Assembly: GCA_934511365.1 (NCBI GenBank)
Contig: CAKSWC010000003.1
Coordinates: forward strand, 116,227 to 180,226
Length of the DNA stretch: 64,000 nucleotides
Reading direction: 5' to 3'
Source: an uncultured Eubacteriales bacterium
Lineage (GTDB): Bacteria > Bacillota > Clostridia > Oscillospirales > Acutalibacteraceae
A program made the position numbers and the translations under genes. Positions 19,838 through 30,019 of this stretch are shown one piece after another (the first letter of the stretch is position 1; every line of letters starts with the position of its first letter). The notes beneath the pieces were generated by a model, which was given only the letters and a program-made list of their open reading frames with translations, made no database searches and was not told the DNA's origin.

Positions 19838-20681
19838 CCAATATATCAATCAACAAATTACACGAATTCAGAGACCACCCGTATCAGGTGCTCGACAATG
19901 AGGAGATGAACAGCTTAATCGAGAGCGTTCAGCAGCAGGGCATTATGACGCCGCTGATTGTACGTCCGTTAGAGGACACAACAGATGAATATGAAATCAT
20001 ATCGGGACACCGCCGCTTTCGTGCGGCACAGAAGGCAGGGCTCACAGAAGTCCCTGCCTTTATTCGTCCCGTCAGCCGTGACGAAGCAGCGATTATGGTG
20101 GTGGACAGCAATCTCCACAGGGAGCATCTTCTGCCGTCGGAAAAGGCGTTTGCTTACAAGCTGAAAGCCGAAGCGCTCAAGCATCAGGGACAGCGTACTG
20201 ATCTCACTTCGGAGCAACTTGCACCGAAGTTATCGACTGAGCTGATTGCCGAACAGGAGGAAACCAGCAAAGATACAGTAAAACGCTATATCCGTCTGAC
20301 AAAGCTTATCCCCGATATTCTCAAAATGGTCGATGAGCAGCGTATAGCTTTCAGTGTCGGCGTGGAGCTATCTTATCTAACCGAAAATGAGCAGCAGGAT
20401 TTGTTTGAAGCTATCGAGTTGTAGGACAAAACGCCCTCGCTCTCACAGGCGATACAAATGAAAAAGCTCTCTCAGGCAGGCAAACTTGACAGCGAAACCA
20501 TATCAAAAATCATATCCGAGGAAAAACCGAATCAGCGTGAGAAAATTAGTTTTCAAATTGAAAAGCTGACTAAATTCTTTCCGAAAAGTTACACCCCGAG
20601 AGATATCGAACGCAAAATAATCAAGCTGATTGAGGACGACTATCGTAGCCGTCAGCGAAACAAAAACAGGGAGGAAAGATA

Positions 20682-20682
<1 letters not shown>
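19834..20682 (+). pseudogene. ParB/Srx-like nuclease-domain gene interrupted by an in-frame TAG at 20422-20424
   Basis: The ParB motif ISGHRRFRAAQKAG is present. ORF 19834..20424 and ORF 20458..20682 are in the same frame and separated by a single amber codon. Read through, the product would be about 282 aa. Confidence 0.5.
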
Positions 20683-22620
<1,938 letters not shown>

Positions 22621-22687
22621 GACAAAAGGCGAGCAGGCACAAAACCTGCTCACCACATACAAACCGGATGAAATTGAATAAAAGAAT

Positions 22688-22736
22688 GAGTGTCCATAAC
22701 ATAAATCCGTTATGAACACTCATACTGGTCCGAGTG
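22688..22736. repeat. Right junction (attR-like): palindromic site plus the tRNA 3' end
   Basis: gagtgtccataac-ataaatcc-gttatgaacactc is an imperfect palindrome at 22688-22721. The 22-bp terminal inverted repeat occupies 22700-22721, followed by atac and then tggtccgagtg (22726-22736), which is the 3' end of the tRNA. Confidence 0.5.
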
Positions 22737-22802
22737 ACAGGACTTGAACCTGCGGCCTCTTGACCCCCAGTCAAGCGCGCTACCAAGCTGCGCTACACCC
22801 GG
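22726..22802 (-). tRNA. tRNA-Pro (anticodon GGG)
   Basis: I folded it by hand on the minus strand. The 7-bp acceptor stem includes one G-U pair; U8 A9 are present; the D arm is GCGC/AGCTTGGTA/GCGC; the anticodon stem is CTTGA/TCAAG with loop CTGGGGG (U33, anticodon GGG); the T arm is GCAGG-TTCAAGT-CCTGT; a 3' CCA is encoded. Confidence 0.85.
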
Positions 22803-23006
22803 ATGTGTTCAAACCACTCGGATATTATAACGACTGCGAGCTTGAATGTCAAGTGTTTTATAAACTTTTTTCAAAAACTTTGAACCAAAACCACAGTTGG
22901 TTCATCGTCAATAGGCTCCTGTTGCCGTTACTGTTAACCAACTGTGATTTCGTTATTTCAAGTTTATCACAAAGCGACAGCACTGTCAATAAAACTATAT
23001 CTAAAA

Positions 23007-23048
23007 GAAGGCAACGAGTATGAGTGAATCTCAATTCTCGTTGCCTTC
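23007..23048 (-). terminator. Hairpin with a T-run on the minus strand, terminator-like
   Basis: The stem gaaggcaacgag / ctcgttgccttc is 12 bp, followed on the minus strand by TTTT. Confidence 0.3.
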
Positions 23049-23486
23049 TGCTAACAGTATTAACTCAAGCAGTGCTTCCCACCATAGGAGTCCAGTCCTC
23101 CGAGGTGTCAAGACTGCTTGAACTGTCGGACGGAAGTATATCACAGACAGATGACGGCGTCAAGTATTTTTCGGATATTGACAGCGAGGTCAAAAACAGC
23201 CTGCACCACTCGATTGGGATTTCCGACAGCACGGCAGAAGAAGGTCTTGTTGCGCAAAACGAGGAATACCGAAAGCTTATCGGTGAACTTCAAACTCAGC
23301 TTGAAAAAACGGCATGGAAATGTTATCAACTTTGTTAAAAAATTATAAATAATTATTTCTGCATTTTGTATAGAAATTTTTTGAAGTTTGTGTTATATTT
23401 TAGATAATAAGATCAGAGAACGTACTTGACATTTTGAATTCTGCGTTGCATTGGTCTTATAGAAAATGAATGGAGGCGTTTTACCA

Positions 23487-24644
23487 ATGATTATCGGAAT
23501 CCCTAAAGAAATTATGCATGAAGAAGACCGCGTTGCAGCAACTCCCGACACTGTTAAACAATATGTAGCTCTCGGTGCAGAAGTTCTTGTTGAAAAGAAT
23601 GCCGGCGCCGGTGCCCATTTCACCGATGACCAGTATATCGCGGCGGGCGCAAAAATTGTTCCCGATGTTGCAGAGCTATATGACCGCGCTGAGGTTATCC
23701 TCAAGGTTAAAGAACCTCTTTTCAATGAAGCCAAAGGCAAGCACGAAATTGAAATGATGCATAAAGGCCAGTATCTTATCACATTCATTCACCCGGCTTC
23801 TCCCGTTAACCATCAGATGGTTAAAGATATGGCTGCAAAGGGCGTTATCTCAATCACTCTTGACGGTATTCCCAGAATTTCAAGAGCACAGTCAATGGAT
23901 GCGCTCACCTCAATGAGTACTTGCGCAGGATATAAAGGCATGATTATGGCTGCCGACAGGCTCCCGTGGTTTATCCCAATGACTGCCTGTGCAGTTGGCG
24001 TTATCAAACCGGCCAAGATTCTTGTTCTCGGCGCCGGTGTTGCCGGAATGCAGGCTCTTGCAACGGGAAAGCGTCTCGGCGGTGTTATTCATGCTGCGGA
24101 TATCAGACCAATGGGTCAGGAGAATGCACTTTCGCTCGGAGCAAAAATTATTGACCTTGGAATTGATCCGGCTCTTGCAGTCGGTGAGGGCGGCTATGCT
24201 CTTCGTCTTCCGGATGATGTCCTTGAGGGAGAAAGAAACACTCTTGCAAAAATACTTCCGGAAATGGATATCGTTTTCTGTTCGGCTCTTATTCCCGGAA
24301 AACTCGCTCCGATTCTCATCACGGAAGAAATGGTTAAGAAGATGAAGCCCGGTTCGGTTATCGTTGACATTTCAATCGACCAGGGCGGTAACTGTGAAAT
24401 TACGCCCAAGGGTGATATCGAGGTCAAGCACGGCGTTACAATCATTGGAACGAAAAACATTCCCGGAATACTTCCGACAAGCTCAACCTGGATGTTTGCC
24501 AACAATATGCTTGAGCTTGTGAAGTTCATGACTAAGGACGGCAAAATTGTTCTTGATATGGATGATGCAATCATCAAATCTGCACTCACAACGATCGACG
24601 GTAAAATTGTTCACGCCGGTGCGCTTGAGGCTATGGGTCTTTAA
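23487..24644 (+). CDS. pntA: NAD(P) transhydrogenase subunit alpha part 1 (PntAA)
   Basis: Has the alanine dehydrogenase/PNT fold with a Rossmann motif (VLGAGVAGMQA). Start MIIGIPKE at 23487 follows AATGGAGG. Confidence 0.85.
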   Translation: MIIGIPKEIMHEEDRVAATPDTVKQYVALGAEVLVEKNAGAGAHFTDDQYIAAGAKIVPDVAELYDRAEVILKVKEPLFNEAKGKHEIEMMHKGQYLITFIHPASPVNHQMVKDMAAKGVISITLDGIPRISRAQSMDALTSMSTCAGYKGMIMAADRLPWFIPMTACAVGVIKPAKILVLGAGVAGMQALATGKRLGGVIHAADIRPMGQENALSLGAKIIDLGIDPALAVGEGGYALRLPDDVLEGERNTLAKILPEMDIVFCSALIPGKLAPILITEEMVKKMKPGSVIVDISIDQGGNCEITPKGDIEVKHGVTIIGTKNIPGILPTSSTWMFANNMLELVKFMTKDGKIVLDMDDAIIKSALTTIDGKIVHAGALEAMGL

Positions 24645-24667
24645 TCCGGCCTTATTCACGCAAAGCT

Positions 24668-24700
24668 GCGCGGCTTCGTTTTCCTGAAGCCGCGCTTTTT
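24668..24700 (+). terminator. Intra-operon hairpin plus T5 between pntAA and pntAB
   Basis: The stem gcgcggcttc...gaagccgcgc is followed by ttttt. Confidence 0.35.
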
Positions 24701-24727
24701 AATTAAGCATAGGGGAGTTTGATAATT

Positions 24728-25036
24728 ATGACTATGAAAATTATTCTTGTGGTCGTTTTCCTTGTTTCAATGGTGGTCGGCTATAAGCTTATCAACAATG
24801 TTCCAAGCCTTCTTCATACACCGCTGATGTCAGGAATGAATGCGCTTTCCGGCGTTACCGTTCTTGGCGCGGTTTCTTCAACCGTTATAGCCGTCAGAGC
24901 CAATGAACCGATTATCGGATATGTTTTCGGTTCGCTTGCTCTTATTCTTGCAATGATCAATGTTGTCGGCGGATTCGGAGTCACAGGACGAATGCTCAAA
25001 ATGTTCAAATCTAAGGACAAGGGAGGTAAAAAGTAA
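24728..25036 (+). CDS. NAD(P) transhydrogenase subunit alpha part 2 (PntAB, membrane)
   Basis: About 100 aa, hydrophobic with three predicted TM segments, positioned between pntAA and pntB. Confidence 0.8.
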   Translation: MTMKIILVVVFLVSMVVGYKLINNVPSLLHTPLMSGMNALSGVTVLGAVSSTVIAVRANEPIIGYVFGSLALILAMINVVGGFGVTGRMLKMFKSKDKGGKK

Positions 25037-27024
25037 TGCCTGATTTGATTTACTATATTTCAAGCGCAATTCTTGTTTTAGGCGTTCTTGTTGGAATTTA
25101 CCTCATGAGCAAGGTTGAAAAGGCACATATCGGAAACAGTCTTTCAGCAGTTTCAATGGCGCTTGCAATCGCGCTGACAATGGTTAAATATGAGGTGTTC
25201 GGTTCAGACGTCAGAACAGCACTTGTTGTTATTGTTGTTTCAATGCTTATCGGTTCTGGAATTGGAGCATGGATCACCAAAAAGGTGAAAATGATTCAAA
25301 TGCCGCAAATGGTCGCGCTTCTTAACGGCTTCGGCGGAGGTGCCTCGGCGCTTGTTGGCGCTCTGACGCTTTTTAGCGATAAAGAGGCTGATGCTTTCAG
25401 CATTTTTACGGCCATGCTGGCCCTTGTTGTTGGTGTTGTTACTCTCATAGGTTCACTCATTGCTGCGGCGAAACTTGAGGGTATAATGAAGTCCAAACCG
25501 GTTGCTCTTCCCGGTCACAGCATTCTGACCGTTGTTTCACTTGTCGGTTCGCTCGCAGTTTGTGTTGCGGCAATTTTTGTTCACGCACTTCTGCCTCTTG
25601 CGGTTGCGGCTTTTGTTCTTTCTTTTGCATTTGGACTTTTCTTTTCAATTCGTGTCGGCGGAGCCGATATGCCAATTACAATATCATTGCTTAATTCATT
25701 CTCAGGCGTTGCCGGTGCAATAGCCGGTCTTGCAATTAAGGATGTTCTCCTTGTTGCCGTTGGAGGAATTGTTGGTGCCTCCGGTCTTATTCTGACTCAG
25801 ATTATGTGTCGCGCAATGAACCGTAGCTTGTTTGACATTCTCCTTGGAAAAACCTCGTCACACGGCAAAAAAGCCGACAAGGAAAAAACGGAAGAAAAAT
25901 CCGATGTCGAAAAGGAAGCCGTTCCGAAAAAAGCTGAAACGCTCCCCGAAGATAAAAAGCCGGCCGATCCGCTTTCATCGGTACTTAAAAACGCAAAGGA
26001 CGTTATTTTTGTTCCGGGTTACGGAATGGCACTTGCCCAGGCGCAGTCACTCGTCAAACAGCTTGAAGATAAACTTGAAAAGAACGGCGCCAATGTCCGC
26101 TATGCAATTCACCCTGTTGCCGGCCGTATGCCCGGACACATGAATGTTCTGCTTGCGGAGGTTGATGTTCCGTATGAAAAACTCTATGAAATGAAAGACA
26201 TCAACGATGATTTCAAAAACGCAGATGTCGCAATAGTTATCGGCGCAAATGATGTTATGAACCCGGCGGCAAAGGAAACGGAAAATACACCGATTTCCGG
26301 AATGCCGATACTTAATGTTGCCGACGCTAAGAACATTATTATCTGTAACTATGACCTCAAACCCGGTTATGCCGGAGTTGAAAATCCGCTTTATACAAAA
26401 GAGGAGGGCGTAACACTGCTTCTCGGTGACGCAAAAGAGAGCCTTATGAAGCTTCTCAAAGTTATGGATACCGCTGAAGAAGCACCGGATACCGAACACG
26501 AACAGTCTGAAAAAGAAGAAGTTTCCGTCGGCTCAATTCTTCAAAACGCAAAGGACGTTATTTTTGTTCCGGGTTACGGAATGGCACTTGCCCAGGCGCA
26601 GTCACTCGTCAAACAGCTTGAAGATAAACTTGAAAAGAACGGCGCCAATGTCCGCTATGCAATTCACCCTGTTGCCGGCCGTATGCCCGGACACATGAAT
26701 GTTCTGCTTGCGGAGGTTGATGTTCCGTATGAAAAACTCTATGAAATGAAAGACATCAACGATGATTTCAAAAACGCAGATGTCGCAATAGTTATCGGCG
26801 CAAATGATGTTATGAACCCGGCGGCAAAGGAAACGGAAAATACACCGATTTCCGGAATGCCGATACTTAATGTTGCCGACGCTAAGAACATTATTATCTG
26901 TAACTATGACCTCAAACCCGGTTATGCCGGAGTTGAAAATCCGCTTTATACAAAAGAGGAGGGCGTAACACTGCTTCTCGGTGACGCAAAAGAGAGCCTT
27001 ATGAAGCTCCTCAGCGCATTTTAA
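25036..27024 (+). CDS. pntB: NAD(P) transhydrogenase subunit beta (PntB) with a tandemly duplicated dIII NADP(H)-binding domain
   Basis: The N-terminal roughly 280 aa form the membrane domain. The same 154-aa dIII module (AKDVIFVPGYGMALAQAQ...GDAKESLMKL) then appears twice, with K/E-rich linkers between. The product is 662 aa against about 460 aa for typical PntB proteins. Confidence 0.8.
   Translation: MPDLIYYISSAILVLGVLVGIYLMSKVEKAHIGNSLSAVSMALAIALTMVKYEVFGSDVRTALVVIVVSMLIGSGIGAWITKKVKMIQMPQMVALLNGFGGGASALVGALTLFSDKEADAFSIFTAMLALVVGVVTLIGSLIAAAKLEGIMKSKPVALPGHSILTVVSLVGSLAVCVAAIFVHALLPLAVAAFVLSFAFGLFFSIRVGGADMPITISLLNSFSGVAGAIAGLAIKDVLLVAVGGIVGASGLILTQIMCRAMNRSLFDILLGKTSSHGKKADKEKTEEKSDVEKEAVPKKAETLPEDKKPADPLSSVLKNAKDVIFVPGYGMALAQAQSLVKQLEDKLEKNGANVRYAIHPVAGRMPGHMNVLLAEVDVPYEKLYEMKDINDDFKNADVAIVIGANDVMNPAAKETENTPISGMPILNVADAKNIIICNYDLKPGYAGVENPLYTKEEGVTLLLGDAKESLMKLLKVMDTAEEAPDTEHEQSEKEEVSVGSILQNAKDVIFVPGYGMALAQAQSLVKQLEDKLEKNGANVRYAIHPVAGRMPGHMNVLLAEVDVPYEKLYEMKDINDDFKNADVAIVIGANDVMNPAAKETENTPISGMPILNVADAKNIIICNYDLKPGYAGVENPLYTKEEGVTLLLGDAKESLMKLLSAF
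25991..27008 (+). repeat. Perfect 463-bp tandem direct repeat (copies at 25991-26453 and 26546-27008, period 555 bp)
   Basis: Comparing the two stretches base by base shows no differences over 463 bp, and the repeat is in-frame. Confidence 0.9.
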
Positions 27025-27040
27025 AATTAAAACATAAAAA

Positions 27041-27069
27041 ATACCGATCTTATGGGTCGGTATTTTTTT
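27041..27069 (+). terminator. Rho-independent terminator after pntB
   Basis: The stem ataccgatc...gggtcggtat is followed by ttttttt. Confidence 0.6.
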
Positions 27070-27215
27070 GCCTTATAAACCGAATTAACTGAAAAATATT
27101 GCCGCAACGAGTTAATTATCTCCTTTTCATAACTTGATTTTTTCGGCGATTATGATATAATTAATTGGTATTTTAATTTTTGGCGGCCTAAAGCCGCTGT
27201 TTGGGGGAATCACCA

Positions 27216-28610
27216 ATGAAGCGAACCGAAATTGCAGAAATTTATAAGGACGCCTCCGCTTATACAGGAGCGCCCGTTACCGTTTGCGGATGGATAAGAA
27301 CCAACCGTGATTCAAAAAATCTCGGCTTTATGGAGGTCAATGACGGAAGCTGTTTCAAGGGCGTTCAGGTTGTTTTTGAAAGAGAAAAACTTGACAGCTT
27401 TGCCGAAACCGCAAAGCTCAATGTCGGAACTGCGGTTATTGTTACCGGCGATGTAATTCTTACACCGGAAGCCAAGCAGCCGTTTGAAATCAATGCAACA
27501 AAGGTTGAGGTTGAGGGTGCTTCAACACCGGATTATCCGCTGCAAAAAAAGCGTCACTCACTTGAATATCTGCGCACTATTGCTCATCTCCGTCCGAGAA
27601 CAAATATTTATTCCGCGGCTTTCCGCGTCCGTTCTGCTGCCGCGTTTGCAATACACAGCTTTTTCAGAGAGAGAAACTTTGTTTACGCACATACTCCTTT
27701 GATTTCATGCAGTGACTGCGAAGGTGCAGGCGAAATGTTCCGCGTTACAACGCTTGATATAAACAATCCGCCGCGCAAAGAGGACGGAAGCGTTGATTTT
27801 TCTCAGGACTTTTTTGGAAAAAGCGCATATCTCACCGTATCCGGTCAGCTTCAGGGCGAAATCATGGCGCAAGCTTTCGGAAAGATTTATACTTTTGGAC
27901 CAACTTTCCGCGCTGAAAAATCATACACTCAGCGCCATGCAGCTGAGTTTTGGATGATTGAACCGGAAATTGCTTTTGCAGACCTCAATGATGACATGGA
28001 GCTTGCCGAAGCAATGATTAAATATGTTATTAATTATGTTCTTGATTCCTGCAAGCAGGATCTTGAGTTCCTCAACCAGTTTGTTGATAAGGGTCTGATT
28101 GAAAGGCTCAAGGCTGTTGCTTCTTCTGAATTCGGAAGAATAACATACACCGATGCGGTTGAAATCCTCAAGAAAAACAATGACAGATTTGAATATAAGG
28201 TTGAATGGGGCTGCGACCTCCAAACAGAACACGAACGCTTCCTCACCGAAGAAATTTTTAAAAAGCCCGTTTTTGTTACCGACTATCCCAAGGAAATCAA
28301 AGCTTTCTATATGAGACTCAACGATGACGGAAAAACCGTTGCTGCCTGTGACTGCCTTGTTATGGGCATCGGTGAGATTATCGGCGGAAGCCAGAGAGAG
28401 GAACGCTATGACGTTCTTGTTAACCGTATTCATGAGCTCGGTCTTAAAGAAGAAGATTACTGGTGGTATCTTGACCTGAGAAAATACGGCGGAACAAAGC
28501 ATTCCGGCTTCGGCCTCGGTTTTGAACGGCTTGTTATGTATCTCACCGGCATTTCAAACATCAGAGATGTTCTTCCGTTCCCGAGAACAACAGGCTCGGC
28601 AGATTTTTAA
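27216..28610 (+). CDS. asnS: Asparagine--tRNA ligase (AsnRS)
   Basis: Has class II aaRS motifs ([30 protein letters not shown]). The start at MKRTEIAE gives about 464 aa. Confidence 0.88.
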   Translation: MKRTEIAEIYKDASAYTGAPVTVCGWIRTNRDSKNLGFMEVNDGSCFKGVQVVFEREKLDSFAETAKLNVGTAVIVTGDVILTPEAKQPFEINATKVEVEGASTPDYPLQKKRHSLEYLRTIAHLRPRTNIYSAAFRVRSAAAFAIHSFFRERNFVYAHTPLISCSDCEGAGEMFRVTTLDINNPPRKEDGSVDFSQDFFGKSAYLTVSGQLQGEIMAQAFGKIYTFGPTFRAEKSYTQRHAAEFWMIEPEIAFADLNDDMELAEAMIKYVINYVLDSCKQDLEFLNQFVDKGLIERLKAVASSEFGRITYTDAVEILKKNNDRFEYKVEWGCDLQTEHERFLTEEIFKKPVFVTDYPKEIKAFYMRLNDDGKTVAACDCLVMGIGEIIGGSQREERYDVLVNRIHELGLKEEDYWWYLDLRKYGGTKHSGFGLGFERLVMYLTGISNIRDVLPFPRTTGSADF

Positions 28611-28627
28611 TTTTGGAGTTGATTTCA

Positions 28628-29905
28628 TTGAAATATTCAGAGTATACAAAAGAGCAGCTTCTTGAAGAAAAGAAAAAGCTCGAATCGCAGTATAACCGCA
28701 TTAAGGCGAAAGGTCTGAAGCTTGATATGTCTAGAGGTAAGCCCGGCGCCGATCAACTTGCCGTTTCAAACGGTCTGCTTGATGCAATTACTTCAAAAGA
28801 CTGGGAAAACAACGCCGGAAACCACAGCCTTGAATATCTTAATTATGGACTTCTTACCGGCATAATCGAATGCAAGCGCATTTTTGCCGACCTGCTCGGT
28901 GTTCCTACCGATAACGTCATTGTCTGCGGAAATTCAAGCCTTAACCTTATGTTTGACTATATCACTCAGTGCATGATGACCGGCTCGGACGGCATTCCGT
29001 GGAAAGATCAGGGAAAAATCAAGTTCCTTTGTCCGTGTCCGGGATATGACAGACATTTTGCAATCGCTGAGTATTATGGCATGGAGCTTATCCCTGTCAG
29101 ACTTACGGGACACGGTCCGGATATGGATCAGGTTGAGCGCCTCATTAAAGATCCGTCCGTCAAAGGAATGTTCTGCGTTCCGAAATATTCAAACCCAACA
29201 GGGGAGACCTATTCAGACGAAACGGTTGAACGCATTGCTGCAATGACCCCGTCCGCCCCTGATTTCAGAATTATCTGGGATAACGCATACATAATCCATG
29301 ACCTCGCCGAAAAAGGCGACAGACTTGTCAATATTTTTGATGTGCTCAAAAAGTATGGCCATGAGGATATGGTTATCGAGTTTTCTTCAACCTCTAAAAT
29401 TAGCTTTCCCGGCGCGGGCGTTGCGGTTATTGCCGCTTCCGACAGAAACATTGAAATTATTAAAAAGCGCATGAGCGTTCAGACGATCGGTTATGATAAG
29501 ATTAATCAGTATCGCCACGTTAAATTCTATAAAGATGTTGACGGAATCAAGCGTCACATGAAGCTTCACCGCGAAATTCTTGCTCCGAAATTCAAAGCCG
29601 TTATCGATGAGTTTGAAAACGGACTTGGTGAATACGGCGTTGCTGAATGGACAAAGCCAAACGGGGGATATTTTATCAGCCTCAATGTTATGCCCGGAAC
29701 AGCAAAAAGAGTATACTCGCTTTGCAAAGAGGGCGGAGTTACTTTGACAACTGTTGGCGCAACTTTCCCTTACGGTATTGACCCCGAGGATAAGAACATC
29801 CGCATTGCGCCGTCATATCCTCCTGTTGATGAGCTTCTTGCCGCAACAAGGCTGCTGTGCATCTGCGTCAGGCTGGCTGCTGTTGAAAAGCTTCTGAGTG
29901 AATAA
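28628..29905 (+). CDS. PLP-dependent aminotransferase (class I/II fold)
   Basis: KLDMSRGKPGADQL, SSTSKISFPG (the PLP-lysine region) and the overall length fit this family. The start is uncertain; TTG codons in the 28613-28628 region follow GGAG. Confidence 0.65.
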   Translation: MKYSEYTKEQLLEEKKKLESQYNRIKAKGLKLDMSRGKPGADQLAVSNGLLDAITSKDWENNAGNHSLEYLNYGLLTGIIECKRIFADLLGVPTDNVIVCGNSSLNLMFDYITQCMMTGSDGIPWKDQGKIKFLCPCPGYDRHFAIAEYYGMELIPVRLTGHGPDMDQVERLIKDPSVKGMFCVPKYSNPTGETYSDETVERIAAMTPSAPDFRIIWDNAYIIHDLAEKGDRLVNIFDVLKKYGHEDMVIEFSSTSKISFPGAGVAVIAASDRNIEIIKKRMSVQTIGYDKINQYRHVKFYKDVDGIKRHMKLHREILAPKFKAVIDEFENGLGEYGVAEWTKPNGGYFISLNVMPGTAKRVYSLCKEGGVTLTTVGATFPYGIDPEDKNIRIAPSYPPVDELLAATRLLCICVRLAAVEKLLSE

Positions 29906-29956
29906 CACAATATTTTCCGCACCAGGCTGCAAAGCCCGGTACGGTTTTTGAATGCC

Positions 29957-29989
29957 AAAAGGACGGGTCACAGTTGACCCGTCCTTTTG
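29957..29989. terminator. Bidirectional terminator
   Basis: aaaaggacgggtcacagttgacccgtcctttt has a 10-bp stem, flanked by an A-run on one side and a T-run on the other. Confidence 0.6.
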
Positions 29990-30019
29990 GCTTGTGCGTT
30001 TATATTGAGAAGAGGAATG

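Noticed and set aside
23024-23338. A 104-aa + strand ORF as a real gene next to the tRNA
   Set aside because: It has no RBS, its start is embedded in a stable hairpin, and its N-terminal half is low-complexity. It is kept only as a region of interest.
25980-27010. The duplicated pntB segment as two separate genes or a transposable insertion
   Set aside because: The reading frame is continuous through both copies and the linker. There are no terminal inverted repeats and no transposase, so it is an in-frame domain duplication or an assembly artefact.
27070-27215. Possible T-box leader upstream of asnS
   Set aside because: Only about 150 nt lie between the pntB terminator and the asnS start. 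I could not find a specifier-loop or T-box (AATTAGGGTGGNACCGCG-like) sequence.
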